A stretch of 64,000 nt of DNA, from positions 704,001 to 768,000 of the forward strand of contig CAWHTE010000001.1 in NCBI GenBank assembly GCA_963832165.1, in the 5' to 3' direction. The notes beneath the pieces are model-generated. The model did not search any database. It was not told the origin of the DNA and saw nothing but the letters and a program-made list of their open reading frames with translations. This document shows positions 18,917 through 27,929 of this stretch, piece by piece. The stretch's first letter is position 1. Each line of letters starts with the position of its first letter. The translations under genes and the position numbers were made by a program. Source of the stretch: an uncultured delta proteobacterium (GTDB lineage: Bacteria > Myxococcota_A > UBA9160 > SMWR01).

Positions 18917-19849
18917 ATGGAGACCCTGATCGGTGTCGGTGTCGTCGTCGCGCTCGTGGTGTTCGTGATCGCGAAGACTGCGATCGTGGTGCCGCAGCAG
19001 AGCGCCTTCGTGGTGGAGAACCTCGGGAAATACAGCCGCACGATCCACGCGGGCTTCCACATCCTGGTGCCGTTCATCGAGCGCGTCGCCTATAAGCACT
19101 CGCTCAAGGAGCGCGCGGCCGACATCCCCGAGCAGGTCTGCATCACCAGGGACAACGTCCAGGTGGGCGTGGACGGCGTGCTCTATCTCCAGATCCTCGA
19201 CCCGCAGCGCGCGTCGTACGGAATCGGAAACTACGAGTTCGCGATCTCGCAGCTCGCGCAGACCACGCTGCGCAGCGAGATGGGCAAGATCGAGCTCGAC
19301 CGCACGTTCGAGGAGCGCGCCGCGATCAACGCCTCGATCGTCTCGGAGCTCGACAAGGCGTCGGCGCCCTGGGGCGTCAAGGTGCTGCGGTACGAGATCA
19401 AGAACATCAACCCGCCCGAAGATGTGATCTCGGCGATGGAGAAGCAGATGCGCGCCGAGCGCGAGAAGCGCGCGGTGATCCTCGAGTCCGAGGGCCGGCG
19501 CGACGCCGCGATCAACACGGCGGAGGGTGAGAAGCAGAAGGTGATCAAGGCCTCGGAGGCGACGCGGCAGCAGAATATCAACGAGGCCGAAGGCCAGGCG
19601 CAGGCAATCCTGGCGGTGGCCACGGCCACGGCCGAGGGGCTCCAGCGCGTCGCGGCTTCACTCGGGAGCCCGGGCGGCGATGCCGCGATGCAGCTGCGGA
19701 TCGCCGAGCAGTACATCCGCGAGTTCGGAAACCTCGCGAAGGCGGGCAACACCTTCGTGGTGCCCTCGAACCTGTCCGACATCGCCTCGATCATCGCGCT
19801 CGCGACGGGCGTGACGAAGGGTGGCAACGGAAGCGTGCAGCCGCGCTAG
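18917..19849 (+). CDS. SPFH/band 7 (paraslipin/QmcA-like) protein
   Basis: VVENLGKY, CITRDNV, LAQTTLRSEMG, MEKQMRAEREKRA; GGAGG RBS. Confidence 0.92.
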   Translation: METLIGVGVVVALVVFVIAKTAIVVPQQSAFVVENLGKYSRTIHAGFHILVPFIERVAYKHSLKERAADIPEQVCITRDNVQVGVDGVLYLQILDPQRASYGIGNYEFAISQLAQTTLRSEMGKIELDRTFEERAAINASIVSELDKASAPWGVKVLRYEIKNINPPEDVISAMEKQMRAEREKRAVILESEGRRDAAINTAEGEKQKVIKASEATRQQNINEAEGQAQAILAVATATAEGLQRVAASLGSPGGDAAMQLRIAEQYIREFGNLAKAGNTFVVPSNLSDIASIIALATGVTKGGNGSVQPR

Positions 19850-19910
19850 GCGTTTGCCGCGCGGCCCTCGGGGAAGGTTCTACTCCCTAACTCTCTGTAT
19901 CACCTCGCCT

Positions 19911-19947
19911 TTGCATTTCCCCCAGGAAATCTGATATACCGTCAGAA
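19911..19947 (+). promoter_or_regulatory. Putative sigma70 promoter with overlapping palindrome (possibly leaderless tetR, autoregulatory operator)
   Basis: TTGCAT (19911) N18 TATACC (19935), ATG 7 nt later; inverted repeat TCTGA-N7-TCAGA at 19930-19946. Confidence 0.45.
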
Positions 19948-20607
19948 ATGGCCGATCCCGCTCGGACGCCGCCGCTCGATCGCCCGCTCGACCAGTCCGG
20001 GCGCGAGCTGGGTCCGCGCGCGCTCCAGACCCGGCAGAAGCTGCTCGACGCCACCGCTCAGCTGCTCGCGCGCCAGAGCGTGCGAGACGTCTCGGTCGTC
20101 GACATCGCGCGCACCGCGGGCACCTCACCGGCGACCTTCTATCAGTATTTCAAGGAGGTCTCCGAAGCGACGCTGCGGCTCGCCGAGCAGGCCGCCGACG
20201 AGATGCCCGAGATCCTCCACATCATCTCGGGCTCGTGGGAGGGGGACGCCGGGCTCGACCGCGCGCGCCGCCTCGTCGACGCCTTCGTGTGCCACTGGGA
20301 CGAACACCGCGCGGTGCTGCTCGTGCGCAATCTCGCCGCCGACGAGGGCGACCGCCGCTTCCTGCGCGTGCGACAGAAGGCGATGACGCCCGTGCTCGCG
20401 CGTCTCGCGGAGCAGGTGATCGCGGGTCAGAAGGCCGGCCGCGTCGACGCGGCGATCGTGCCGCAGGCGGCCGCCGCAGCGCTGGGCGCGATCCTCGAGC
20501 GGCTCGCGGCCTATCACCGCGAGCTCGAGATGGTCGGGGTCCGGCGCGAGGATCTGGTCGAGACCTGCGCGCGCATCGTGCTCCTGACCGTGCGCGGCGC
20601 GGCGTAG
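19948..20607 (+). CDS. TetR family transcriptional regulator
   Basis: TRQKLLDAT...VVDIARTAGTSPATFYQYF HTH. Confidence 0.92.
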   Translation: MADPARTPPLDRPLDQSGRELGPRALQTRQKLLDATAQLLARQSVRDVSVVDIARTAGTSPATFYQYFKEVSEATLRLAEQAADEMPEILHIISGSWEGDAGLDRARRLVDAFVCHWDEHRAVLLVRNLAADEGDRRFLRVRQKAMTPVLARLAEQVIAGQKAGRVDAAIVPQAAAAALGAILERLAAYHRELEMVGVRREDLVETCARIVLLTVRGAA

Positions 20608-20612
20608 GGGGC

Positions 20613-20990
20613 ATGTCCGGCTTCTCGCTGCGCGAGCGCGCGCAGAGCTTCGTCGATGCGGGCCGCGGCATCGCGCGGCTGCTCGCGGACGAGCCGAACG
20701 CGCGGATCCATGCGCTGGCTTCGGTCGCGGCGGTCGCGCTCGGCGTCTGGCTCGACCTCACTGCCGGCGAGTGGTGCTGGATCGCGCTCGCGATCGCGCT
20801 GGTCTGGGTGGCCGAGGCGCTGAACAGCGCGCTCGAGTCGCTCGCCGACGCAGTGCATCCCGAGCGCGATGCACGCGTGGGCCGAGCCAAGGACGTCGCC
20901 GCGGGCGCCGTGCTCGTGGCCGCGATCGCGGCCGCGGTGATCGGCGCGCTGATCTTCGGCCCGCGACTCGTCGCGCGGCTCTCCGCCTAG
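20613..20990 (+). CDS. dgkA: Diacylglycerol/undecaprenol kinase family protein
   Basis: EPNARIH, EALNSALESLAD, AKDVAAGAVL. Confidence 0.88.
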   Translation: MSGFSLRERAQSFVDAGRGIARLLADEPNARIHALASVAAVALGVWLDLTAGEWCWIALAIALVWVAEALNSALESLADAVHPERDARVGRAKDVAAGAVLVAAIAAAVIGALIFGPRLVARLSA

Positions 20991-21005
20991 CGAATCGAGG
21001 GGGTC

Positions 21006-21422
21006 GTGGCCGATCAACCGTTCCGGGTGCTGCCGCGCGTGACGCCGAACAACGAGCACTTCTGGCGCGGCGGCGCCGAGGGCCGGCTGCAATTCCTGCG
21101 CTGCAAATCGTGCGCAACCTGGATCCATCCGCCGTCGCCCGTCTGCCCGAGCTGCTACCGCAAGGAGACCCTGGTGGCCGCCGTCTCCGGGCTCGCGACC
21201 GTCGCGACGTTCACGCTGAATCACCAGCCCTGGGTCCCGTCGCCCGATCATCCCTACGTGGTCGCGATCGTGGAGCTCGACGAGCAGCGCGGACTGCGCC
21301 TGATGACCAACGTGATCAACTGCCCGCCCGAGTCGGTGAAGATCGGCATGCGCGTGCGTGTCGTGTTCGAGCAGCGCGATGACGTCTGGATTCCGCTGTT
21401 CGAGCCCGCGGAAGAGGCGTGA
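21006..21422 (+). CDS. Zn-ribbon/OB-fold (DUF35, ChsH2-like) protein
   Basis: FW...RCKSC...CPSC, PYVVAIVELDE, IGMRVRVVFE. Confidence 0.9.
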   Translation: MADQPFRVLPRVTPNNEHFWRGGAEGRLQFLRCKSCATWIHPPSPVCPSCYRKETLVAAVSGLATVATFTLNHQPWVPSPDHPYVVAIVELDEQRGLRLMTNVINCPPESVKIGMRVRVVFEQRDDVWIPLFEPAEEA

Positions 21423-22618
21423 TGGAGGTGCTCGAACGCCGCGCCGCGATCACGGGCATCGGGCAGTCCGAGGTCGGGCGCCGGCTCGGGCGCAACCCGC
21501 TCGAGCTCACGCTCGACGCCTGTCTCGCCGCGATCGCCGACGCGGGCCTCACCCCGCGCGACATCGACGGGCTCGCGACCTATCCCGGCGCGGGCGGCGG
21601 CGGGCCCGGCTTCTCGGGCGCCGGTGTCACCGATGTGCACGACGCGCTGCGCCTCGAGCTGAACTGGTTCACGGGCGGCATCGAGCGGCCTGGCCAGCTC
21701 GGTGCGGTGATCGATGCGTGCGCCGCAGTCGCCACGGGCTTCGCCACGCACGTGCTCTGCTTCCGCTCGGTCTGGGAGGGCACCGCGCAGGGGAAGGGAC
21801 GCCGCGGCGGCATCGGCGTGGGCGACGCGGGCCCCGGCTTCCGGGCCTCGGGCACCATGCTGGAGTACACGCTGCCATTCCGCGCCTACTCCGCGGCGAA
21901 CTGGATCGCGATGTACGCGCAGCGGCACTTCCACGACTACGGGACCACGCGCGAGCAGCTGGCGTGGATCGCACTCAACGCGCGCCGCAACGCCGCCGGA
22001 AACCCGAATGCGATCTACCGCGAGCCGCTCTCGCTCGACGACTATCTCTCGGCGCGCATCGTGTCGACGCCGTTCGGTCTCTACGACTGCGACGTGCCCT
22101 GCGACGGCGCTACTGCGATGATCGTCTCGCGCGTCGAGCGCGCGCGCGATCTGCGCCGGCCGCCGCTGCGCGTCGAGGCGACCGGGTCCGCCTTGCGCGG
22201 ACGACCCTCGTGGGACCAGTTCGACGACCTGACCACGATGGCGCTGCGCGATGCCGCGAAGATGCTCTGGGAACGCACCGATCTGCGCCCGAGCGACGTC
22301 GACGTCGCCGAGCTCTACGACGGCTTCAGCTTCATCGCGCTGGCCTGGCTCGAAGCGCTCGGCTTCTGCGGCAAGGGAGAGGGCGGGCCGTTCATCGACG
22401 GCGGCTCGCGCATCGCGCTCGACGGCGAGATTCCGCTCAACACGAACGGGGGTCAGCTCTCGGGCGGCCGGCTGCATGGCTTCGGCTTCCTGCACGAAGC
22501 GTGCGTGCAGCTCTGGGGCGATGGCGGTGCGCGTCAGGTGCCCGGCGATCCGCAGGTTGCCGTGGCCGCCGCGGGCGGAGGTCCGCTCGGCGGATGTCTC
22601 TTGCTCACGCGCTCCTGA
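21422..22618 (+). CDS. SCP2-thiolase-like (Ltp2-type) thiolase family protein
   Basis: AAITGIGQSE, DCDVPCDGA, ELYDGF, NTNGGQLSGGRLHG; coupled to DUF35 gene. Confidence 0.9.
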   Translation: MEVLERRAAITGIGQSEVGRRLGRNPLELTLDACLAAIADAGLTPRDIDGLATYPGAGGGGPGFSGAGVTDVHDALRLELNWFTGGIERPGQLGAVIDACAAVATGFATHVLCFRSVWEGTAQGKGRRGGIGVGDAGPGFRASGTMLEYTLPFRAYSAANWIAMYAQRHFHDYGTTREQLAWIALNARRNAAGNPNAIYREPLSLDDYLSARIVSTPFGLYDCDVPCDGATAMIVSRVERARDLRRPPLRVEATGSALRGRPSWDQFDDLTTMALRDAAKMLWERTDLRPSDVDVAELYDGFSFIALAWLEALGFCGKGEGGPFIDGGSRIALDGEIPLNTNGGQLSGGRLHGFGFLHEACVQLWGDGGARQVPGDPQVAVAAAGGGPLGGCLLLTRS

Positions 22619-22625
22619 TCTCGAC

Positions 22626-23351
22626 CTAACCCACCACGAGCGCTGCGAGCGAGCCCGGCTCGAGCTCCTCGCGCGCGCGCAGAGCCACGAGCTTCCCGCG
22701 CCGCATCACCGCGACGCGCTGCGCCACCGCGAGCGCGGTTTCGAGGTCGTGACTCACGAACAGGATGGCGAGCTGCTCGGAGGAGAGCCGATTCACGAGC
22801 TCCACCACGCGTGCGCGCTCGCCGGGGCCCAGGGCGGCGGTGGGCTCGTCCATCAACAGCACGCTCGCCTCGAGCCGCAGCGCGCGCGCGATGGCGACGA
22901 GCTGACGCTGCCCACCCGACAGCCGCGACACCGGCTCGCGCAGCGCATCGAAGTCCGGCGCGACGCGGTCGAGCAGCGCGCGCGCCGCGCTCTCCATCGC
23001 GGGCTCGTCGAGCAGCCCGCTCCGGGTCCGCGGCTCGTGGCCCAGGAATACGTTGGCGGTCGCATCGAGGTTGTCGGCCAGCGCGAGGTGCTGATGCAGC
23101 GTGGCGATCCCCGCGAGCTGAGCGTCGCGCGGCGAGCGCAGCGCGACCGCCCGGCCGCCCACGCGTACCTCACCGGCGTCGCGGCGCAGTGCTCCCGACA
23201 GGAGCTCCACGAGCGTCGACTTGCCCGCGCCGTTGTGGCCGACCAACGCGACCACCTCACCCGCGCGCACGGAGAGATCCACCGCGTCGACCGCGGTGAC
23301 GCCGCCGAAGTGCTTCGTGAGACCCGCGATCGCGAGCGCGGGCTCGCTCAT
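22626..23351 (-). CDS. xylG: Sugar ABC transporter ATP-binding protein (single domain)
   Basis: GHNGAGKST, LSGGQRQ, LLMDEPT. Confidence 0.85.
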   Translation of the reverse strand: MSEPALAIAGLTKHFGGVTAVDAVDLSVRAGEVVALVGHNGAGKSTLVELLSGALRRDAGEVRVGGRAVALRSPRDAQLAGIATLHQHLALADNLDATANVFLGHEPRTRSGLLDEPAMESAARALLDRVAPDFDALREPVSRLSGGQRQLVAIARALRLEASVLLMDEPTAALGPGERARVVELVNRLSSEQLAILFVSHDLETALAVAQRVAVMRRGKLVALRAREELEPGSLAALVVG

Positions 23352-24496
23352 CGCTCGGCCCCCCGCGCGCGCGTGTCCGCGGCCACCGCCGCGAGCAGCA
23401 CCAGTCCGATCACCACCTGGCGCAATGCGCTCGTCACGTCGAGCAGCACCATGCCGTTCTCGAGACTCTGCATCCAGAGCGCGCCGAGCAGCGCGCCGCC
23501 GACGCTCCCGCTGCCGCCCGCGAGCGACGTCCCGCCCAGCACCGCCGCCGCGATCACCGAGAGCTCGGCCCCGGTTCCCATCGAGTTGGTGCCCGCGCCG
23601 AGCCGGGCCGTGGTGAGCACCGCGGCCACGCCCGCGAGCGCACCCATCAGCGCGAACGCGCGCAGCGTGACGCGGCGCACGTCGATGCCTGCGAGCTCGG
23701 CTGCGAGCGGATTGCCGCCGATCGCGAATACGTGGCGGCCGAAGCGGGTGCGCGTCGCCAGCACGTGCATGCCGAGCGCGACCGCGCCGAGCACGAGCAC
23801 GGGAAACGGGAAGCCTGTGGCCGATCCGTCCGGACCCGGAACGGCGTTGGCGATCGCGGCGAATGCGAACAGCGCGACGAGCGCGAGCAGCGCGCCGAGC
23901 AGCGGGCGCGCGCTCTGCGGCGAAGCGCGCCAGCGTACCGCGACGACCGCGGCGCCGACCGCGCCCGCGACGCACCAGGTGGCGGTCGCGCCGATCGCGC
24001 CGTGCAGTCCGCCGCCGATCCGCGCGTAGCCGTCGTCGAGCGGCGCGAGTGTGCGGCCGTCGCTCACGAGCCAGGCCGCGCCGCGGAAGATCAACAGACC
24101 CGCGAGCGTTGCGACGAACGAAGGCAGCCGCGCGTAGGCCACCCAGGCCCCGTGCCACGCGCCGATCGCGAGTGCGAGGGCGCCGCCCGCGAGCAGCGCG
24201 ACAGGCCACGGCAGCGGCGAATCGAGCAGCCCCGCCTCCACCTGCAGGCCCGCGATCACCATGCCCGTGAAGCCGAGCACGGACCCCACCGAGAGGTCGA
24301 TCTGGCGCGCCGCGATCACGAGCACCATCCCGGTCGCCATCACGCCGACCGCGCTCGCCTGCACGGCGAGATTCACGAGATTGCGGGGCGACAGGAACAG
24401 GCCACCGCTCACGGCGGCGAACGCGATCCACAGCGCGGCGAGCGCGAGCAGCATCGCCCGCACGCGCGAACGCGCCGCGCCGGCGGCGGCGTTCAC
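23348..24496 (-). CDS. xylH: Sugar (xylose-type) ABC transporter permease
   Basis: [41 protein letters not shown]; start approximate. Confidence 0.88.
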   Translation of the reverse strand: MNAAAGAARSRVRAMLLALAALWIAFAAVSGGLFLSPRNLVNLAVQASAVGVMATGMVLVIAARQIDLSVGSVLGFTGMVIAGLQVEAGLLDSPLPWPVALLAGGALALAIGAWHGAWVAYARLPSFVATLAGLLIFRGAAWLVSDGRTLAPLDDGYARIGGGLHGAIGATATWCVAGAVGAAVVAVRWRASPQSARPLLGALLALVALFAFAAIANAVPGPDGSATGFPFPVLVLGAVALGMHVLATRTRFGRHVFAIGGNPLAAELAGIDVRRVTLRAFALMGALAGVAAVLTTARLGAGTNSMGTGAELSVIAAAVLGGTSLAGGSGSVGGALLGALWMQSLENGMVLLDVTSALRQVVIGLVLLAAVAADTRARGAER

Positions 24497-25572
24497 CTCG
24501 GGTCGCGGCACGCGGGTGGAGCCTGCGGACCCGGCGCGACGCCGCGGCATACCGATTCGCGGCTCGTCCAGCCCGCCTCGATCACGCGCTCGAGATTCTC
24601 GCGCGTGATCGCCACGGGCTCGAGCAGCAGCGCCGGAACGCGAAGGCCCCGCGGCGTCGTGAACGGAGCAGCGCCGGCGATCTGCTCGGCCCGCGTGCCT
24701 CGCGCGAGCGCGACGCTGACCTCGGCTGCGGCGCGGCCGAGAGCGCGGCTGTCCTTCCACACGCTCACCGTCTGGCGGCCCAGCGCAATCCGGTTCAGCG
24801 CTGCGCGATCGCCGTCCTGACCCGACACCGGAACGCCGGACAGGCCCGCCGCCGCGAGCGCGGCCGCCACCCCACCGGCCATGCCGTCGTTGCTACACAC
24901 GACGGCGTCGACCCGACCGCCGCTCCGGGTGAGGATCTGCTCCATCACGCGCTGCGCCACCTCGGGCAGCCAGCCGTCGACGTACTGATCCCCTACGACC
25001 TGCACGCGCCCCGCGGCGATCGCGGGGCGGAGCACATCGAGCTGGCCCGCGTGCACGAACTCCGTGTTGGGATCCTGCGGCGAGCCCTTGATGAACGCGT
25101 AGCGCCCGCGCGGCGCCGCCGCGAGCACCTGCTCGGCCTGGATCCGGCCGACGCGTCGATTGTCGAACGAGAGGTAGAACACACCCGGAGATTCGATCAG
25201 CCGGTCGTAGGCGACCACGGGAATACCCGCGGCGCGTGCGCTCGCGAGTGCGGGGCCCAGCGCGTCGGGGTCATGGGCAACCACCACGAGCACGTCGGCG
25301 CCGCGCGTCACGAGATTCTCGATGTCGCTCTGCTGCTTCTCGGGCGAGCTCTGTGCGTCGGCGGAGAGGTAGCGCGCGCCGCGTTCGCCGAGAGCCGCTA
25401 CGAGGGCCGCCTCGTCGATCTTCCAGCGCTCCTCCTGGAAGTGCGACCACGAGACACCGACCGCGACCGGTTCGCCGTGTGCCGGTGCCGCCGAGCTCGA
25501 TTGGGAGGAGAGCAGCGCCGCGATCAGCGCGAGAGCCGCGACGCACACGCGGGACGAGGAGCTCCGGCACAC
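24493..25572 (-). CDS. xylF: D-xylose-type ABC transporter substrate-binding protein
   Basis: [40 protein letters not shown]; start approximate. Confidence 0.85.
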   Translation of the reverse strand: MCRSSSSRVCVAALALIAALLSSQSSSAAPAHGEPVAVGVSWSHFQEERWKIDEAALVAALGERGARYLSADAQSSPEKQQSDIENLVTRGADVLVVVAHDPDALGPALASARAAGIPVVAYDRLIESPGVFYLSFDNRRVGRIQAEQVLAAAPRGRYAFIKGSPQDPNTEFVHAGQLDVLRPAIAAGRVQVVGDQYVDGWLPEVAQRVMEQILTRSGGRVDAVVCSNDGMAGGVAAALAAAGLSGVPVSGQDGDRAALNRIALGRQTVSVWKDSRALGRAAAEVSVALARGTRAEQIAGAAPFTTPRGLRVPALLLEPVAITRENLERVIEAGWTSRESVCRGVAPGPQAPPACRDPR

Positions 25573-25630
25573 GGGACCCCGCAGGCTAACACAGCTACCT
25601 TGCCGCCCTCGACCGCGCGGGAGGCACGGC

Positions 25631-26452
25631 TTGGAGTTCGCCGCGTCCGATCTCGCAGTGCTGTGCGCCACGCTGCTGTTGGCGGGACTCGTCGCGGGCG
25701 TGCTCGCGGGCCTGCTCGGCGTCGGCGGCGGAATCGTCGTGGTGCCCGTGCTCTACCACGGCTTCAGCCAGCTCGGTGTGGCTCCCGAGGTGCGCACGCA
25801 CGTCGCGGTGGCGACCTCACTCGCGACCGTCGCCGTCACGGCGCTGCGCTCCGCACGCAGTCATCACGAACGCGGAGCCGTCGACATGCAGATCCTGTCG
25901 GCGTGGATTCCCGCGGTCGCGGTGGGCAGCATGTTCGGAACCGCACTGGTCGCCGCGCTCGGCGGGCGCGCACTGACCGGCGTGTTCGGCACGATCGCGC
26001 TGCTCGTCGCGTTGCACATGGCGTTTAGCCGCGAGAGCTGGCGGATCGCGGACGCGCCGCCGTCCGGCTGGGCGCGCCTGCCGCTGGCCGGTTTCGTGGG
26101 GTTCGTGTCGGCGATGATGGGGCTCGGTGGTGGAACAGTGGGGGTTCCCACACTGACGCTCTTTGGTGTCGCCATGCATCGCGCCGTGGGCACGGCGGCG
26201 GGACTCGGATCGGCGATCGCCGTGCCCGGCGCGATCGGGCTCGCGATCGCGGGGATCGGAGCCGCGGGAAGGCCGCCTGGCTGCATCGGCTATCTGAACG
26301 TCTTCGGCTTCGCGCTGATCGCGCCCACCACGTGGCTCGCCGCGCCGCTCGGGGCGCGCTTTGCGCACGCGATCTCACAGACGACGCTGCGGCGCGGATT
26401 CGCGTTCTTCCTCGGACTCGTCGCGCTGCGCATGCTGCTCGGTCTTCGTTGA
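25631..26452 (+). CDS. TauE/SafE sulfite exporter family membrane protein
   Basis: [27 protein letters not shown]. Confidence 0.88.
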   Translation: MEFAASDLAVLCATLLLAGLVAGVLAGLLGVGGGIVVVPVLYHGFSQLGVAPEVRTHVAVATSLATVAVTALRSARSHHERGAVDMQILSAWIPAVAVGSMFGTALVAALGGRALTGVFGTIALLVALHMAFSRESWRIADAPPSGWARLPLAGFVGFVSAMMGLGGGTVGVPTLTLFGVAMHRAVGTAAGLGSAIAVPGAIGLAIAGIGAAGRPPGCIGYLNVFGFALIAPTTWLAAPLGARFAHAISQTTLRRGFAFFLGLVALRMLLGLR

Positions 26453-26532
26453 GGCAATTTGCCCCTTCACTCCGGTGTGCATTGCACTTCCAGCTGCGCA
26501 TGCGGGCGTTATGCTAGCCACGAGTCCCCACA

Positions 26533-27120
26533 GTGGAGTCACTCGTGGCCGAGCCCAACCTCCGGCGCATCGAGACAGCGATTGCGAAGCTCGCCGCAGC
26601 GCAGTCGATTCTCGCGGAGCGCCTAGCACGCCTCGAAGGCCGCGAAATTGCGCACCCTTTGCCCGCGTCGCCGCGCGATCGCGTGATCTTGTTCCTCGAT
26701 CAGTTTCGCGCGGGCGAGGCTTTGAGTGAGCTGTCACTCGGTGCGTGGATTTCGGTGTGCAAGGACTCGGAGCTGCGCGGCGTGCTGCGTGCGGTGCAGA
26801 CGCGCGAGGGCAGTCACGCGCGGCTGCTCGCCGAGCGCATCAAGGAGCTCGGCGGTGCGTCGCATTACGAGATTTCCGAGGAGACCTACAGCCAGGTGAT
26901 GAACGGGTCAGCGAGCCTCGAGATCAGCGACGCCGAGAAGGTGCGCGCATTCGTGCAGCGCAACTCGGACCCGGTGCTCGCGCTCGCGTCGATCCACGCG
27001 GTCGCTGATGGCCTGGACGACGACCCGGAGACCCAGTCGATGCTGCGCGCGATCGGGCAGGACGAGCTCGCCACGCTCGAGCTGTTCTACGCCGCTTACG
27101 AGCGCATGGAACGCGGCTGA
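26533..27120 (+). CDS. Ferritin-like fold hypothetical protein with N-terminal coiled coil
   Basis: AGE...REGSHARLLAERIKELGG...DELAT helical pattern. Confidence 0.65.
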   Translation: MESLVAEPNLRRIETAIAKLAAAQSILAERLARLEGREIAHPLPASPRDRVILFLDQFRAGEALSELSLGAWISVCKDSELRGVLRAVQTREGSHARLLAERIKELGGASHYEISEETYSQVMNGSASLEISDAEKVRAFVQRNSDPVLALASIHAVADGLDDDPETQSMLRAIGQDELATLELFYAAYERMERG

Positions 27121-27121
27121 T

Positions 27122-27925
27122 TCAGTCCTCGAACACGGGCTTGCGGCGCTGCTTGCGCGCGCGCGTGGCCTCTTCGAAGTTCTTCGTCGTCATGCGCACG
27201 AAGAGCTGGGTGTGGCTCTCGAGCTCGATCGCGGCGGCGAGGCTGCCGGTCTCGAGCCCGGACCAGATCATGCGCTTGGTGAGCTGAACGCCCTGCGTGC
27301 TCCAGCCGTTGATCGTGTCGGCGAGGTCGAGCGCGGCTCCGAGCAGATCGGCGTCGGGCACGGTGCGCGAGACGAGCCCGATCTGCGCCGCCTCCGCCGC
27401 GGAGACGTCGCGGCCCGAGAGCATGATCTCGAACGCGCGCGACGAGCCGATCGCGCGCGGCAAGAGGAACGAGAGTCCGAGCTCGGTGGCGGTCAGACCG
27501 TTGTTGATCCCGGCTGCGCGGAAGTAGGCCGACTCACCCGCGATCCGGATATCGGCGCCCAGCGCGAGACACATGCCGCCGCCGATCGCCGCACCGTTGA
27601 TCGCGGCAATCACGGGCTGAGGCATGCGCCGCATCGCGGGCACCAGCTCGGCCAGGATCGACATCGCGCGTGTGGCGATCCGCGTGAGCGTCAGGCCCGC
27701 GATGTTGGGCGGCGGCTCGGACTCCTGCGTGTCCGCGCCGGAGCAGAATCCCCGCCCGACACCGGTGAGGATCACACACCAGGTATCGTTGTCGCGCGCG
27801 ACCTCGGCGAACGCCTCGTGCAGCGGCACCATCTGCTCGAACGACATCGAGTTCATGCGCTCGGGGCGATCCATCACGATCACGCTCGTGTGGGGTCGCG
27901 GCTTCTCGATCCGGATGTAGCTCAC
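27122..27925 (-). CDS. Enoyl-CoA hydratase/isomerase
   Basis: GFCSGAD, NGAAIGGG, LLPRAIG. Confidence 0.9.
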   Translation of the reverse strand: MSYIRIEKPRPHTSVIVMDRPERMNSMSFEQMVPLHEAFAEVARDNDTWCVILTGVGRGFCSGADTQESEPPPNIAGLTLTRIATRAMSILAELVPAMRRMPQPVIAAINGAAIGGGMCLALGADIRIAGESAYFRAAGINNGLTATELGLSFLLPRAIGSSRAFEIMLSGRDVSAAEAAQIGLVSRTVPDADLLGAALDLADTINGWSTQGVQLTKRMIWSGLETGSLAAAIELESHTQLFVRMTTKNFEEATRARKQRRKPVFED

Positions 27926-27929
27926 GCGT

